64,000 bases of DNA from an uncultured delta proteobacterium (GCA_963765675.1 CAVXXK010000014.1:64001-128000); one strand, 5' to 3'. Shown: positions 9,763-20,365, numbered from the stretch's first letter. Numbers and translations are program-made. Notes: generated from the letters alone by a model not told the origin.

Positions 9763-10709
9763 GTACGAAAGAATCTCCCCTTGTAAGCGTCGTGATTCTG
9801 AACTACAAGCGCCGCGATGCACTGATCCAGAGCTTGGAGTCGGCGCGTGAGCAATCATATGAGAATAGCGAAATAATCGTGGTGGACAACAATTCGCAAG
9901 ACGGCACCCGCGAATTTCTAGCTTCTTACGCACCCGAGGTCCGGTTAGTCGAATTAAGTGAGAACCGCGGTGCCTGCGGCGGAAGGAATGCCGGAATTAG
10001 CGCGGCGACCGGCGAGATTATTATCACACTGGATAATGACGTGTTTTTTGAAGGTCCTCTGGAAATCAGCAAAACGGTCGAGACTTTCGCCCGACGACTA
10101 GATATTCACGTACTGGCTTTTCAGCTCTGCGACGAAAAAACCGGAGCTCTACGGATTAGAGAGTGGTGTCATCCGCGAAGCTTGGCGATGTATGGTGAGA
10201 CTGAATTCGAGACGAACTATTTCATCGAAGGGGCTTGTGCAATTCGACGGCAGGTTTACGAAAGCGTCGGTCTATACTACGAACCGCTCTTCATTGGCTG
10301 CGAGGGATGGGATTTGGCGCTCCGGATTCTCGATAACAACTTCCGGATTCTGCACACACCCCGGATTCGCCTGCGCCACTTGATGTCGAGTGAAACTCGC
10401 ACTTCTGACCGGCCGTACTATTTTGACACACGGAACTATATTTGGATCGCGTGCAAAGATTATCCTCCACTTGCGGGGACTGCTTTCCTGGGATTCAAGC
10501 TCCTAATGATGTTGTATTTTTCGATCAGATCGCGCCAATTGAGGGCGTATGCCCGGGCGCTCAGAGACGGCGTTGGCGGAATCCCCCGGGCGCGGCGTGA
10601 TCGTACGCCAATTCGCCTGGCCACGGTTAGATATCTCCGAGAATTGGAACGCTGGCGTCCCGCGCTAAGGACGCGCTTCGCTCGCCATCGCGAAGCCGTG
10701 CAACTCTGA
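9759..10709 (+). CDS. GT2 glycosyltransferase
   Basis: VSVVILNY, VVDNNSQD, GGRNAG, TLDND; ATGA overlap with upstream gene. Confidence 0.9.
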   Translation: MSTKESPLVSVVILNYKRRDALIQSLESAREQSYENSEIIVVDNNSQDGTREFLASYAPEVRLVELSENRGACGGRNAGISAATGEIIITLDNDVFFEGPLEISKTVETFARRLDIHVLAFQLCDEKTGALRIREWCHPRSLAMYGETEFETNYFIEGACAIRRQVYESVGLYYEPLFIGCEGWDLALRILDNNFRILHTPRIRLRHLMSSETRTSDRPYYFDTRNYIWIACKDYPPLAGTAFLGFKLLMMLYFSIRSRQLRAYARALRDGVGGIPRARRDRTPIRLATVRYLRELERWRPALRTRFARHREAVQL

Positions 10710-10792
10710 ACCTCACCCAAGAATACGAACAACGGCAGGTTCGCGAAGACTGTCGACCTAGAACGTTCTCTCCCCATCCCGAACATTTTTAA

Positions 10793-12361
10793 ATGCCTAA
10801 TATTTCGAATCGTCGTAGCACGATGCTTGGCCATCTTCCTGAGCATCAGCGGGGCCGCATTCTTTCGGGCATGCGCTGGACAGTCTGGCTCTCGGCCTTC
10901 GCCGTCCCGTTTAGTGTCGCAGTCAATCTCCTGCTGGCACGCGTCGGTCCTGTCACCTTGGGAGTGTATGGCCTCTTGAGCGTATATGTCTCGCTCACCA
11001 GCGCGTTTCTCTACTTTGGCGGAGATACCGTGGTAATGCGTTTTATTCCCGAATGTCTCCCAGCAGACCGCGCGTCTTTTCTGGTTTCCTATCTGCTGGT
11101 GATTCTTGCCGTCATGAGCGGTTGGCTCGTCTTTGCATGGTTCTGTCCTGCTGCGATGCGTTTGGCATTTGGCGAAAACCATGGTGGCAATTTCAATTTT
11201 ATTCTGCTGTGCCTCTCGATTGTGCCGATCAGCTTCGCGATGGTGACGGCGTCCTTGAAGGGCATGCTCGAGATCCAAAGCTCACAAATATTGATTAAAC
11301 TCTTGACGATCGGATCGCTTGCCATTTACGCGGTGATCTTCGTTTTCGATCGTTCTCTCTTAGCGATTCATCCAATCGGGATTATCTGGAGCGTCTATCT
11401 CGGGCTGACCGCCGTGCTAGGAATTGTGGGCGCCGTCAAAGTGATCCGCCTCTGTCGAACTCCGCGATTGCGCTGGTGTATTCCTGCCGGCTTCTGGCGC
11501 TACGCATTCAGCACTCAGCAGGTGAGCGTTACATCTTTCTTGGCGCAGAAGCTCGATTACGTTTTGGTCGTTAACTTCGGAGGGCTGAAGCTTCTAGGCG
11601 AATATGTGGCCGTGGTTACTGTGGCGGCAACGGTCCAGATGGTGTGCGGCTTCTTTATGGATACCTTGTTGCCAGCGCTGACCAACACGCTCGCCTTGCG
11701 TAACTATGCCGGTGCGGCTCAGGTGTTCACGGTCCACATGCGGATCCTTTTCCTCGTCTCGACGGCGATGAGTTGTGCCGTCATGGTGCTTGCTGTTCCC
11801 GCGACCGCGGTGATGGGCGCCAAGTACGCATCGCTCGGTGGCTTGATCATTTTCATGACAGCAGCTTTTGGCATCGCGATTCCCGGTGCTTTTGGAGGCA
11901 CTCTGCTTGCCAGTGTCGGCCGGCAGCAGCTTGCCGTATGGACGCGCATACTGAATCTACTACTGTTCATTTTCCTGTTCGCGCTGTTGTGGCGGCGCTG
12001 GAACCTGGCCGGAGCGGTAGTGGCGTATGGCGTAGCTCTCATTATTTCAAACGTTATCTTAATGGCGATCGCACTGAAGGCTGCACCTTTCGTTCCGTCG
12101 ATTTCTGGCCTGTGGCTGACATCTGCAGCCGTGCAAGTGATGGCAGCCTTCGTCGCCTTGTGGTGGATTCCGCTTGGACTCGCCAGCGCAGCACTCGTCT
12201 GGCTGGGTGCGATGGGTCTGTTTCTCTGGTTGGCCCGATACGACATTTCTGAGTGTAAAAATTTGTTACAGACGTTTCTTCCAGGCTCTGCGTCCGTTCA
12301 ATCCGAGGACAACGATGCGACCTTCCCGGCGCCTGTCCGACCCAGCGCGGTATCACGCTAA
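10793..12361 (+). CDS. wzx: Wzx-type oligosaccharide flippase
   Basis: About 12-14 TM segments; LLARVGPVTLGVYG, KLDYVLV...LGEY pattern; EPS locus context. Confidence 0.8.
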   Translation: MPNISNRRSTMLGHLPEHQRGRILSGMRWTVWLSAFAVPFSVAVNLLLARVGPVTLGVYGLLSVYVSLTSAFLYFGGDTVVMRFIPECLPADRASFLVSYLLVILAVMSGWLVFAWFCPAAMRLAFGENHGGNFNFILLCLSIVPISFAMVTASLKGMLEIQSSQILIKLLTIGSLAIYAVIFVFDRSLLAIHPIGIIWSVYLGLTAVLGIVGAVKVIRLCRTPRLRWCIPAGFWRYAFSTQQVSVTSFLAQKLDYVLVVNFGGLKLLGEYVAVVTVAATVQMVCGFFMDTLLPALTNTLALRNYAGAAQVFTVHMRILFLVSTAMSCAVMVLAVPATAVMGAKYASLGGLIIFMTAAFGIAIPGAFGGTLLASVGRQQLAVWTRILNLLLFIFLFALLWRRWNLAGAVVAYGVALIISNVILMAIALKAAPFVPSISGLWLTSAAVQVMAAFVALWWIPLGLASAALVWLGAMGLFLWLARYDISECKNLLQTFLPGSASVQSEDNDATFPAPVRPSAVSR

Positions 12362-13302
12362 TGCACGTCACCGCGATCATTCCTACCAAGAACCGGCGCA
12401 GTGATCTTTTGAAGACTGTACGCAGTTTGGTCCGGCAGACGACTTTGCCGAGTCAGATTGTGGTTGTCGATCAAAGTCTTGATGACAGTGCGTTGCGAGA
12501 TCTGCGCGCCGAGCTGGCCGAAGTCGGATGCGTGAGACTCGACTACGTTTACGATTCTTCGCTTAAGGGAGCCGCGGCCGCCCGAAATCGCGCTATGGAT
12601 CTGGCCACGGGCGATATCTGGCTGTTTCTCGACGATGACGTCGAGCTCGAATCAGATTTCATTCAGCGCCTGCTTGAGGGCTATGACGCACGTCCTGCCG
12701 CCGCAGGTATTTCCGGCATCATCACCAACTATTCCCGTCCGCCAGTCTGGTTTCGTACCTGGACCGCACTGTTCACCCACGGTCCGTTTCACGATGACCG
12801 TCAGCCGATATATTGGAAAGCTGAGCGGTTACGGCACTCTGACCCGATCAGAGTTGGAAAATTCACGAGCGCGCTTATGAGCTTTCGTGCTGACGTAATT
12901 CGTGAGACGAGGTTTGATTCCAATTACCCCGGAGCTCTCGCCGAAGACGTGGACTTCTGCTGCCAGTTGCCAAGAAGCGCACTGATGTATATCGCGCCAC
13001 AAGCGCGGCTCGTGCATAATCGTAGCCCGATCAACCGAGTATCTAGTCATTGGCTGCGTCCACACGCGGAATCCGCCTATTACCTTTATGAAAGACATTG
13101 GAGAAAGCTGGCCATAAACCGATTCTATTTTTTTTGGCTAAAGGTCGGTTATGCAGTCGCCGCGATCATCGCCTCTACGAAGGGTCGATCGCTTGAGAGC
13201 TGGCGCGCGCTTCAAGCGGGCCGACTAGCCGGACGCACTCACGCACATTCCCAACCGGAATCTGAACCAACGTTGCCGTTTCAGGAAACTCGTCGCGCTT
13301 AA
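12361..13302 (+). CDS. GT2 glycosyltransferase
   Basis: IIPTKNR, VVDQS, ARNRAM, FLDDD, AEDVDF; TAATG coupling with wzx. Confidence 0.9.
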   Translation: MHVTAIIPTKNRRSDLLKTVRSLVRQTTLPSQIVVVDQSLDDSALRDLRAELAEVGCVRLDYVYDSSLKGAAAARNRAMDLATGDIWLFLDDDVELESDFIQRLLEGYDARPAAAGISGIITNYSRPPVWFRTWTALFTHGPFHDDRQPIYWKAERLRHSDPIRVGKFTSALMSFRADVIRETRFDSNYPGALAEDVDFCCQLPRSALMYIAPQARLVHNRSPINRVSSHWLRPHAESAYYLYERHWRKLAINRFYFFWLKVGYAVAAIIASTKGRSLESWRALQAGRLAGRTHAHSQPESEPTLPFQETRRA

Positions 13303-13334
13303 TTGATATCTCAGCGGCGTGACGAATTGCACGC

Positions 13335-14252
13335 ATGGTCGGTGCATTGATCTCGCCGCACGACAGTGGAGCAAAACCTCTGACGCCCAACCGCACAATT
13401 CACAACGGCGCGGGAATGAAGATCACAGACCCAGGCTTTCGAGCCGCAGGGCGTCTGGCTCTTCGGGCTGTCTTTGCTATACCGGTTCGCGCAAGAAGAA
13501 CGCTTCTATTTGGAAATTCCGCAATATGCCTTCCATTACAGAAAGTACTGGTCAGGCTCCTGGGCGGAAGATTCTTGGTACAAGCGCAATTCACCGACGG
13601 TCCGATGCGCGGACAGACATTCGCCTGTTGGTCGTCAGAAGCATATTTTATGCTGGGGAGCTACTACGAGAGCGATGCACAGCAACTGCTGATGAAAACC
13701 ATAAAGGCGGGAGACATAGCGTACGACGTGGGAGGTCATGCTGGTTATATGGCACTCCTCTTTTCAGCGTTGGTTGGGCCCACGGGAAAGGTAATCACTT
13801 TCGAACCATCGCCGGTAAATTTTCAGCGCGCTCGACAGAACATAGAGGCGAATGAACCATCTAACATTACTGTCGTGAACGTCGCTGCTTCGGACCGCGA
13901 GGGTGTGGCGCTGATAGATGAGCGCAGCAGCCAGAGCGCAATTGTTAACACGAGTACCATGAAAGCTGGGTGCTTATCGCCGATTCAGACTGTTCGCTTG
14001 GACGATTTTGGTTTCCGTGATGGCAACCCGCTGCCTACCTTTATCAAGATTGACATCGAAGGGCATGCCGGTCCTGCGTTGGAGGGGATGAGGCATATTC
14101 TCGAGACCAGTCGTCCCAAGATGATTTGCGAGCTTCACAATACCAACGAGGAGGCGCATGTCACCCGGATCTTGGCCGCCTATCACTATAATGTGGTATT
14201 GATCGAAAAAGATTATAGTTATCCCCGCAGAGTGCTAGTTCTGCCGATGTAA
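13335..14252 (+). CDS. FkbM-family methyltransferase (true start may be a downstream ATG)
   Basis: YDVGGHAGY, FEPSP, VRLDD, IKIDIEG motifs. Confidence 0.88.
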   Translation: MVGALISPHDSGAKPLTPNRTIHNGAGMKITDPGFRAAGRLALRAVFAIPVRARRTLLFGNSAICLPLQKVLVRLLGGRFLVQAQFTDGPMRGQTFACWSSEAYFMLGSYYESDAQQLLMKTIKAGDIAYDVGGHAGYMALLFSALVGPTGKVITFEPSPVNFQRARQNIEANEPSNITVVNVAASDREGVALIDERSSQSAIVNTSTMKAGCLSPIQTVRLDDFGFRDGNPLPTFIKIDIEGHAGPALEGMRHILETSRPKMICELHNTNEEAHVTRILAAYHYNVVLIEKDYSYPRRVLVLPM

Positions 14253-14335
14253 AACATTTATGTTCGGTCTAGTGTTTCTATGAAAGTTCAAAAACCCAGC
14301 GACATCCGGACGAAAATAGTTGCGGAGAGATAAGT

Positions 14336-15598
14336 ATGAGAATCGGATGGATTTCGCAGGCATTACCGTATTTACCGTGCCGAGAAGGCTTTCGTCTATA
14401 TGGCGGGAATCTTCTGAAAAGACTATCCGAACGTCACCAAATTGATCTGATTTCCTTGATGGTCGAAGACGACAAAGATCATCTCGACTGGGCCGCGCAT
14501 TTTTGCGCGTCGGTCCAGACCATCCCTACCGTCGATCATTCGGCTGCTGGAAAGCTGGCGAACGCATTTTCAGCGTTCTTGTCGGCCAGGGCTCTTCACT
14601 ATCGCCACGAGCTGAATGCTTTGCTTCAGCACGGGATCCGAGAACGGAAGTGGGACGTAATTCACGTTGAGGGTCCGTTTGTCGGCGCTCTGGTGAATAG
14701 CGATCTGCCTATCCCGAAAGTTCTATCAGTCCATGACTCGTGGACTCTGCGCGCTGCCGAAATGGTTAGGTGCGCTCAAAGCCTCCGTGAAAGGGCCTAT
14801 TACACCTTTCTTTCATTTTACGAGCCACGCTTTGAGCGTTTGCTTTATCCGCGGTTTGAGCGATGTACCGTGGTCGCGCAACGGGATGTTGACGAGTTGC
14901 GGTCCGTAGTTCCGAATGCGCGAGTGGACCTGATTCCCTCAGGCACCGACAGTGAGTATTTTCATGACGTTGGAGGCACCAAGCAGGATGCATCGCTCGT
15001 ATTTCACAGCGACCTCGGTTACACCCCGAACGTCCAAGCCGCACTGGAAGTTGTCAATCAAATCTTTCCCTTAGTGTGCGAGCAGATTCCTGGCGCGAGC
15101 CTGCATCTGATCGGGGCGAAACCGGTAACGAGCATCATGGAGCTCGCAAGCCGCCGAGGAATCAAAGTTTTGGCCGACCTCCCGGATCTCCGTGCCGCTG
15201 TCTGTTCCGGACAGGTTTACGTATCGGCAGTACGGCACGGCACCGGGCTGAAGAACAAAATTCTCGAGGCAATGGCAATGCAGGTACCTATCGTGTGCTA
15301 TCCGGGCTCCGCGGTCGGAATCGCATGTAAACACGGGCGTGAGTTAATGATCGCGCAAGATAGCCGCGAATTTTCCGCATTCGTCGTCGAATTGTTGCAA
15401 AATCCAGAGCGCCGCAGAAGTCTCGCAGCCGCAGCTCATGCGTTGGTCGAAAATCATTATAGTTGGGAATCGCGTGCCCGAATGTATGAAGACCTCTATG
15501 AAAGACTAATTGCTGAGCACGCCGCGCGGTATCGGACGAGTACGATAGCAACGCCGAGTGGAGCCAAGCTTTCCCCACAAAGCGCAAGAGCTTCCTGA
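14336..15598 (+). CDS. GT4 glycosyltransferase (TIGR03087-like, XrtA-system associated)
   Basis: LPYLP...G, YTPNVQA, GTGLKNKILEAMAM, YSWE; RBS GGAGAG. Confidence 0.88.
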   Translation: MRIGWISQALPYLPCREGFRLYGGNLLKRLSERHQIDLISLMVEDDKDHLDWAAHFCASVQTIPTVDHSAAGKLANAFSAFLSARALHYRHELNALLQHGIRERKWDVIHVEGPFVGALVNSDLPIPKVLSVHDSWTLRAAEMVRCAQSLRERAYYTFLSFYEPRFERLLYPRFERCTVVAQRDVDELRSVVPNARVDLIPSGTDSEYFHDVGGTKQDASLVFHSDLGYTPNVQAALEVVNQIFPLVCEQIPGASLHLIGAKPVTSIMELASRRGIKVLADLPDLRAAVCSGQVYVSAVRHGTGLKNKILEAMAMQVPIVCYPGSAVGIACKHGRELMIAQDSREFSAFVVELLQNPERRRSLAAAAHALVENHYSWESRARMYEDLYERLIAEHAARYRTSTIATPSGAKLSPQSARAS

Positions 15599-15663
15599 AA
15601 CATACTTTTGGCGCTTGCTGCCGATTTGTCCCGACATTTCCTACCGGCGTTCAGCGCCTGGTG

Positions 15664-17514
15664 TTATTGATGCACGGAAGACGACGCTTCCGATTTAATG
15701 GCTGTCACGCTCATCCGCTCCAATTCCGATTCCACCTGGCGGTTCGCTGCGATTACGGCTGAAAGAAAGTTCCCATAATTCGCACGCTCACCACCGGTCG
15801 GATAGCCCCACTGGTCGGGTCCTGTCCCTGAGATAGTCGCGCTCTTTCCGTCGTAAGGATTATCATGTGGAGATAGCAGACCCCAATTTGCTTTCTGGCT
15901 ATCCATATCGTACATCCCCCACCAGTCGAATCCAACTATGTCATAAGTGCCGGTCGAGTCTTTCGCGTTCACGAAAGCGCTCATCATCGATTGGTAGCCC
16001 TCCCCACGTGCGGCTTGGGTGGAGTAATAAGATGGATTCGATGTTGCGTACGCAGACTCGGCCGAATCAGGCTGGGCCCAGAAACCCGCCCAATTTATCC
16101 ACGGATGATCGCCCAAATATCGTGCCGTTAAATCGATTCGCGATTGTGTATCGGTGCAATTAGCACAGGGCCATGGGGGTACGGTCGCAAGAATAGGTAA
16201 ATCGAGGAATTTCGCGGCTTCGGTCAGTACTTCGCCGCGAGGCGGAGCGCCCCATCCACCAAGCTGCATTTGCAAAAGAACCCCGGGTGCGGCCTTGCGA
16301 AATGCGGCCGTAAGTATGCGGAAATACTCGTCGAGGTAGTGAACGTAGAACGCACTCATGTCCGTTTGCATTGCAGCTGTTTCTGCGACCGGGAACGCTG
16401 CGGACTTCCCCAACGTATAGGGGTCGCCGACCCAGCAATTGCCAGATCCCCTCGCCGGGCAGCTTCCGTCTTCATCGAGAACTCCCGATCCACTGCCCCA
16501 TCCTCCTGCGGTGCCGAATGTGGTGTAGCGCGAACCCCATGCGTTGTTTAATGCAGTGATGTTATTGGCATAACGCGCCGCCAACCATTTACTCAATTCT
16601 TGTTTGGTATAGACCGTGGTGTCGGAATAGGTAACGCCTTGACTCTTGTTCGAGGTTTGAGTCGGCGCCGAGATGAGAGCAATCCGTGCGGCTTGAGCGG
16701 ACGGATCAGGACCGCTTCCCGCTCGTCCGTTCGCCCCGATGCTGGGAAAATCGGGACCTTGATCGAGCATTCCGGTCTGATCCGACTCATCGATAGTAAC
16801 ATAGATCAAGTAGTTACTGTATTTCGATTTGAGCGCTTGCTGCAGGCCCCACGTATCGTTGGCGATCACGTTGGCGGCACAGTTGCCGAAGCTGGGATCA
16901 AAGTAGTCACCAAAATTGTAGCGATATCCCGTGTAGGCGCGCCCAACGCCATTCATGATGTCTTTTAGTGGGGAGCCGACACCGCATCCATCGATATTCT
17001 TAAAGGCGGCGTGACTGACTTGCTCCTGAACCGAAAACGGCATCTTTATCGGGATGGTATTATCGCTGGTTCCCCAAGCGGAATCAGTTGTGGATGGGGT
17101 TAGTTCAGCGATTGAATAATCTGCCACCATATTGAACCCCCAAGCGTGGAGCCGACGGACCTGCTGCAACGCCCAGTTTGCGGTCCAGTTCGACAGCGGA
17201 AAGGCGTACTTGGTTTGGATAAAAGTCGTCTCGGCGCTGTTATTGTTCGCGACAACGTCGTATACGCCTTTCAGAAAGAAGCCATTGCCGGCGGGATCGC
17301 AGATCCACCATCGGCTTCCGATCTTCTGGGTGTAGAAATGTGGAGCTGAGCCGCTCCGACATCGCACTGCGGTGATGCCGCCATAGACGTCGAGTTGTTG
17401 CGCGGCATACGAAGGGCGACCGAGACACAAGACAAATAGAAACGCCACCGTAGCGGCGCAATAGCCCTTAAAACCGAGAACCTCGAAGTGATCACGAAAT
17501 AGAAAACGAGTCAT
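15664..17514 (-). CDS. Secreted GH50/agarase-like (clan GH-A) glycoside hydrolase paralog, putative nucleophile Glu replaced by Ala
   Basis: Signal peptide; KIGSRWWICDPAGNGFF, RLHAWGFN, TIDESD, ALNNAWG, IVGFDWW...NWGLL..DNPY; PWINWAGF. Confidence 0.6.
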   Translation of the reverse strand: MTRFLFRDHFEVLGFKGYCAATVAFLFVLCLGRPSYAAQQLDVYGGITAVRCRSGSAPHFYTQKIGSRWWICDPAGNGFFLKGVYDVVANNNSAETTFIQTKYAFPLSNWTANWALQQVRRLHAWGFNMVADYSIAELTPSTTDSAWGTSDNTIPIKMPFSVQEQVSHAAFKNIDGCGVGSPLKDIMNGVGRAYTGYRYNFGDYFDPSFGNCAANVIANDTWGLQQALKSKYSNYLIYVTIDESDQTGMLDQGPDFPSIGANGRAGSGPDPSAQAARIALISAPTQTSNKSQGVTYSDTTVYTKQELSKWLAARYANNITALNNAWGSRYTTFGTAGGWGSGSGVLDEDGSCPARGSGNCWVGDPYTLGKSAAFPVAETAAMQTDMSAFYVHYLDEYFRILTAAFRKAAPGVLLQMQLGGWGAPPRGEVLTEAAKFLDLPILATVPPWPCANCTDTQSRIDLTARYLGDHPWINWAGFWAQPDSAESAYATSNPSYYSTQAARGEGYQSMMSAFVNAKDSTGTYDIVGFDWWGMYDMDSQKANWGLLSPHDNPYDGKSATISGTGPDQWGYPTGGERANYGNFLSAVIAANRQVESELERMSVTAIKSEASSSVHQ

Positions 17515-17562
17515 CGCCTTGCGCTTTTTCCCTTTGCACGGAATGGCGCAATCATAACACAC

Positions 17563-17594
17563 ACGGGCCTGCCGCCAAATCGCGGGAGGCCCGT
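17563..17594 (-). terminator. Stem-loop between the two GH paralogs (possible intrinsic terminator)
   Basis: ACGGGCCT/AGGCCCGT plus CCGC/GCGG stem, 6-nt loop, about 36 nt after the upstream paralog's stop; weak U tail. Confidence 0.5.
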
Positions 17595-17630
17595 ATTGTA
17601 TCGATCGTTCAGCGGTACTCTAGCTAGTTG

Positions 17631-19922
17631 TCACGGAATCATTAGAGAGAACACTCCGATGTTCGCAGCCGTCACGTCATCCATGAAATCCCCGTAATTG
17701 CCTGTTTCTCCGCCGGTCGGATAGCCCCAATGGTCGTTACCGTCGCCGCTAATTGTCGAGCTCCTTCCGTCATATGGATTATCGTGCGGAGTCAGCAATC
17801 CCCAGTTCGATTCCTGGCTATTCGCGTCATACATTGCCCACCAGTCGAAACCCACGACATGATACGTCCCGGTAGGCGTGTCACTCGCATCTGCGAATGC
17901 GGCGACCATTGCCTGATAACTTGCCCCGCGATCGGCCTGTGTCGAAAAGGCTCCGGGGTTGCTTGCGGCATATATTGATTCCGCCGAATCTGGTTGTGCC
18001 CAGAACCCTTCCCAGTTGACCCATGGCAGATCGCCTAAATATTGAGCAGTGAAATCGATTCGCGCCTGGAGGTCAGTACAATTTGAGCAAGGCCATGAAG
18101 GTACATTTCCAATGATCGGCAGAGTGAGATATTTGGCGGCTTCGGTCAGCACTTCTTTGCGTGGTGGTGCCCCCCATCCGCCTAGTTGCATCTGCAACAA
18201 AACTCCTGGTGCGGCACTGTGAAACTGGGCTGTTAAGACACTGAAATATTGATCGAGGTAGTAAACATAGAACGCGTTCATGTCGGATTGCATAGCGGAG
18301 GTTTCACCCGCAAGTGTGTAGACATTGCCAACCCAGCAAGTCTGGCCGCTCGCCGCAGACGGACAGGTGCCGTTCTCGTCGAGGATTCCCGAGCCGATCC
18401 CCCATCCCGCTCCGGATGCGCCGAAAGTTGAGTAGTTGGAATCCCACGCGCTATCTAATGCTGCGATGTTATTTGAGTACCGTGTGGCCAGCCAGGTTTC
18501 AAGAGCCTGCTTGGTATAAACCGTAGTATTGGAATAGGTAACGCCCTGGCTACTGTTCGACGTCTGGGTCGGAGCCGAGACGAGAGTGATCCAAGCGGCA
18601 TGAGCCGATGGGTTTGGTCCGCTTCCAACCTGACCGGTGTCACTAATGCTGGAAAAATCGGGTCCTTGGTCGAGCATTCCAGTCTGGTCTGACTCGTCGA
18701 TCGTAATGTACAGGAGATAATTGTTGTAGTGTGACTTGACCGCCTGCTGGAGTCCCCACGTATCATTGGCCAGTATGTTGGCGACACACGTTCCGAAATG
18801 CGGATCAAAATAATCGCCGAAATTGTACCGGTAGCCAGTATATACCGATCCGACCCCGTTCAAAATGTCTTTTATGGGGGAACTGATACCGCATCCGTTG
18901 ATGTTTTGGAATGCGCCATGGCTAATCTCCTCGGCGACCGAAAACGGCATCTTGACCGGAATTGAATTGTCGCCGGTTCCCCATGCGGGATCAGTTTCGG
19001 CTGGAGTCAGCTCCGCGATTGAGTAGTCTGCTACGGTATTGAATCCCCATGCTTGCAGCCGATGGACTTGCTCGAGCGCCCAATTGGCTTCCCAATTGGA
19101 GAGTGGACCGGCGGCGTACTTGTCTTCAATAAAGGTCGTCTGCGCGTTGTTGCCGTTCGGAATAACGTTGTAGACACCCTTGAGAAAAAAGCCGTTACCG
19201 GCAGGGTCGCAAATCCACCATCGACTTCCGATCTTTTCCGTGTAGAAGTGCGGGGCCGCACCGCTCGGGCACTGAACGCTCGTCGTCCCGCCATATTGGT
19301 CGAGACCTGTTGCGACCGGCGACCCGGTGGCTGTCGGAGAGGGCGTCGCAGTTTTGCGAGGCGTTGCGGTCCGGGTCGGAGGCTTCGGGGTTGGGGTGGG
19401 ACGCGGAGTTTTGGTTGGCGCCGGGGTCGGAGTCCCGGTCGGCACAGGGGTTGGAGTATTGGTTGGCCGCTGCTTAATAACCCGGTAGGCACCTGTAGCG
19501 GTTAACATCGCTCCATGCTGATAGACCTCGGCGTTCACATCGTAGCTACCGTCCGGCACACTCTTCATGTCGAGAGCTGCGAGCGACTGGTTGGCAACAG
19601 GATGATAAGCGCGATGGCGGACCCTGTGTCCCTTCGAGTCGCGCACGGCAATCACTACCCGATATTTTTGTAGAGGCACCGATTGCGGGGGGTCGACCGT
19701 GATCGCGGCCTGAATTGTCTGGGGACCGCCGGTATTCAGCACGCCGTCGGGAGGATACACCAACGACATCTGCAGGGTCGGAGGCGCGGGAGTCGGACTG
19801 GCCGATGCTTGAGTGCGACGCACCTCAGATAGGTCCGTCGCAGATGAGAGCCGACTCAAACCAAGGACTGTGATCGCCGCGCTGGCGAGAATCATCGCCG
19901 AACGAATTCTCAGAGACTTCAC
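17631..19922 (-). CDS. Secreted GH50/agarase-like glycoside hydrolase with N-terminal beta domain and Pro/Thr linker
   Basis: Signal peptide, PT-rich linker, same catalytic-domain motifs as 15664-17514 but PWVNWEGF retains Glu. Confidence 0.62.
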   Translation of the reverse strand: MKSLRIRSAMILASAAITVLGLSRLSSATDLSEVRRTQASASPTPAPPTLQMSLVYPPDGVLNTGGPQTIQAAITVDPPQSVPLQKYRVVIAVRDSKGHRVRHRAYHPVANQSLAALDMKSVPDGSYDVNAEVYQHGAMLTATGAYRVIKQRPTNTPTPVPTGTPTPAPTKTPRPTPTPKPPTRTATPRKTATPSPTATGSPVATGLDQYGGTTSVQCPSGAAPHFYTEKIGSRWWICDPAGNGFFLKGVYNVIPNGNNAQTTFIEDKYAAGPLSNWEANWALEQVHRLQAWGFNTVADYSIAELTPAETDPAWGTGDNSIPVKMPFSVAEEISHGAFQNINGCGISSPIKDILNGVGSVYTGYRYNFGDYFDPHFGTCVANILANDTWGLQQAVKSHYNNYLLYITIDESDQTGMLDQGPDFSSISDTGQVGSGPNPSAHAAWITLVSAPTQTSNSSQGVTYSNTTVYTKQALETWLATRYSNNIAALDSAWDSNYSTFGASGAGWGIGSGILDENGTCPSAASGQTCWVGNVYTLAGETSAMQSDMNAFYVYYLDQYFSVLTAQFHSAAPGVLLQMQLGGWGAPPRKEVLTEAAKYLTLPIIGNVPSWPCSNCTDLQARIDFTAQYLGDLPWVNWEGFWAQPDSAESIYAASNPGAFSTQADRGASYQAMVAAFADASDTPTGTYHVVGFDWWAMYDANSQESNWGLLTPHDNPYDGRSSTISGDGNDHWGYPTGGETGNYGDFMDDVTAANIGVFSLMIP
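19310..19470 (-). repeat. Pro/Thr-rich low-complexity linker (coding)
   Basis: RPTNTPTPVPTGTPTPAPTKTPRPTPTPKPPTRTATPRKTATPSPTATGSP. Confidence 0.85.
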
Positions 19923-20365
19923 TACTACCTCTGCGTGCGAAAACTATGCGCACACAGAGAAACCAAAGGACGGTCCCGCTGCGGCACTCAAAAAATTGCC
20001 GACGAATCGCACGCAGCAGCGAGAGCAACGGCGATGCCACGATTCGAACGCGGGAAAAACTAGGGATTCTAGGGCTGATCGTCAAGAGTAACGGTCGAAC
20101 AAAGAGGTTACGCTAATATGAGCGATAACCGTCTCAGATGTTGCTGAGGTGCACGGTTTGTTGCATTTATGCAGCTTTCAGAGCCCGATACCGACCATCT
20201 TTAGGCGCCAGCGAGACTGGCTTCGGTTGTGAATTCTTTTGGAAAGATTCGAATTGAAACGTCAATAGACACAAATCAATGTCGCAGATCCGGGCAGGCG
20301 TCAATCGTGCCAGGGAACGAAGCCAATCGGAAGATCAAAATCTATCGGCACTTGCAAGAGGTAGA

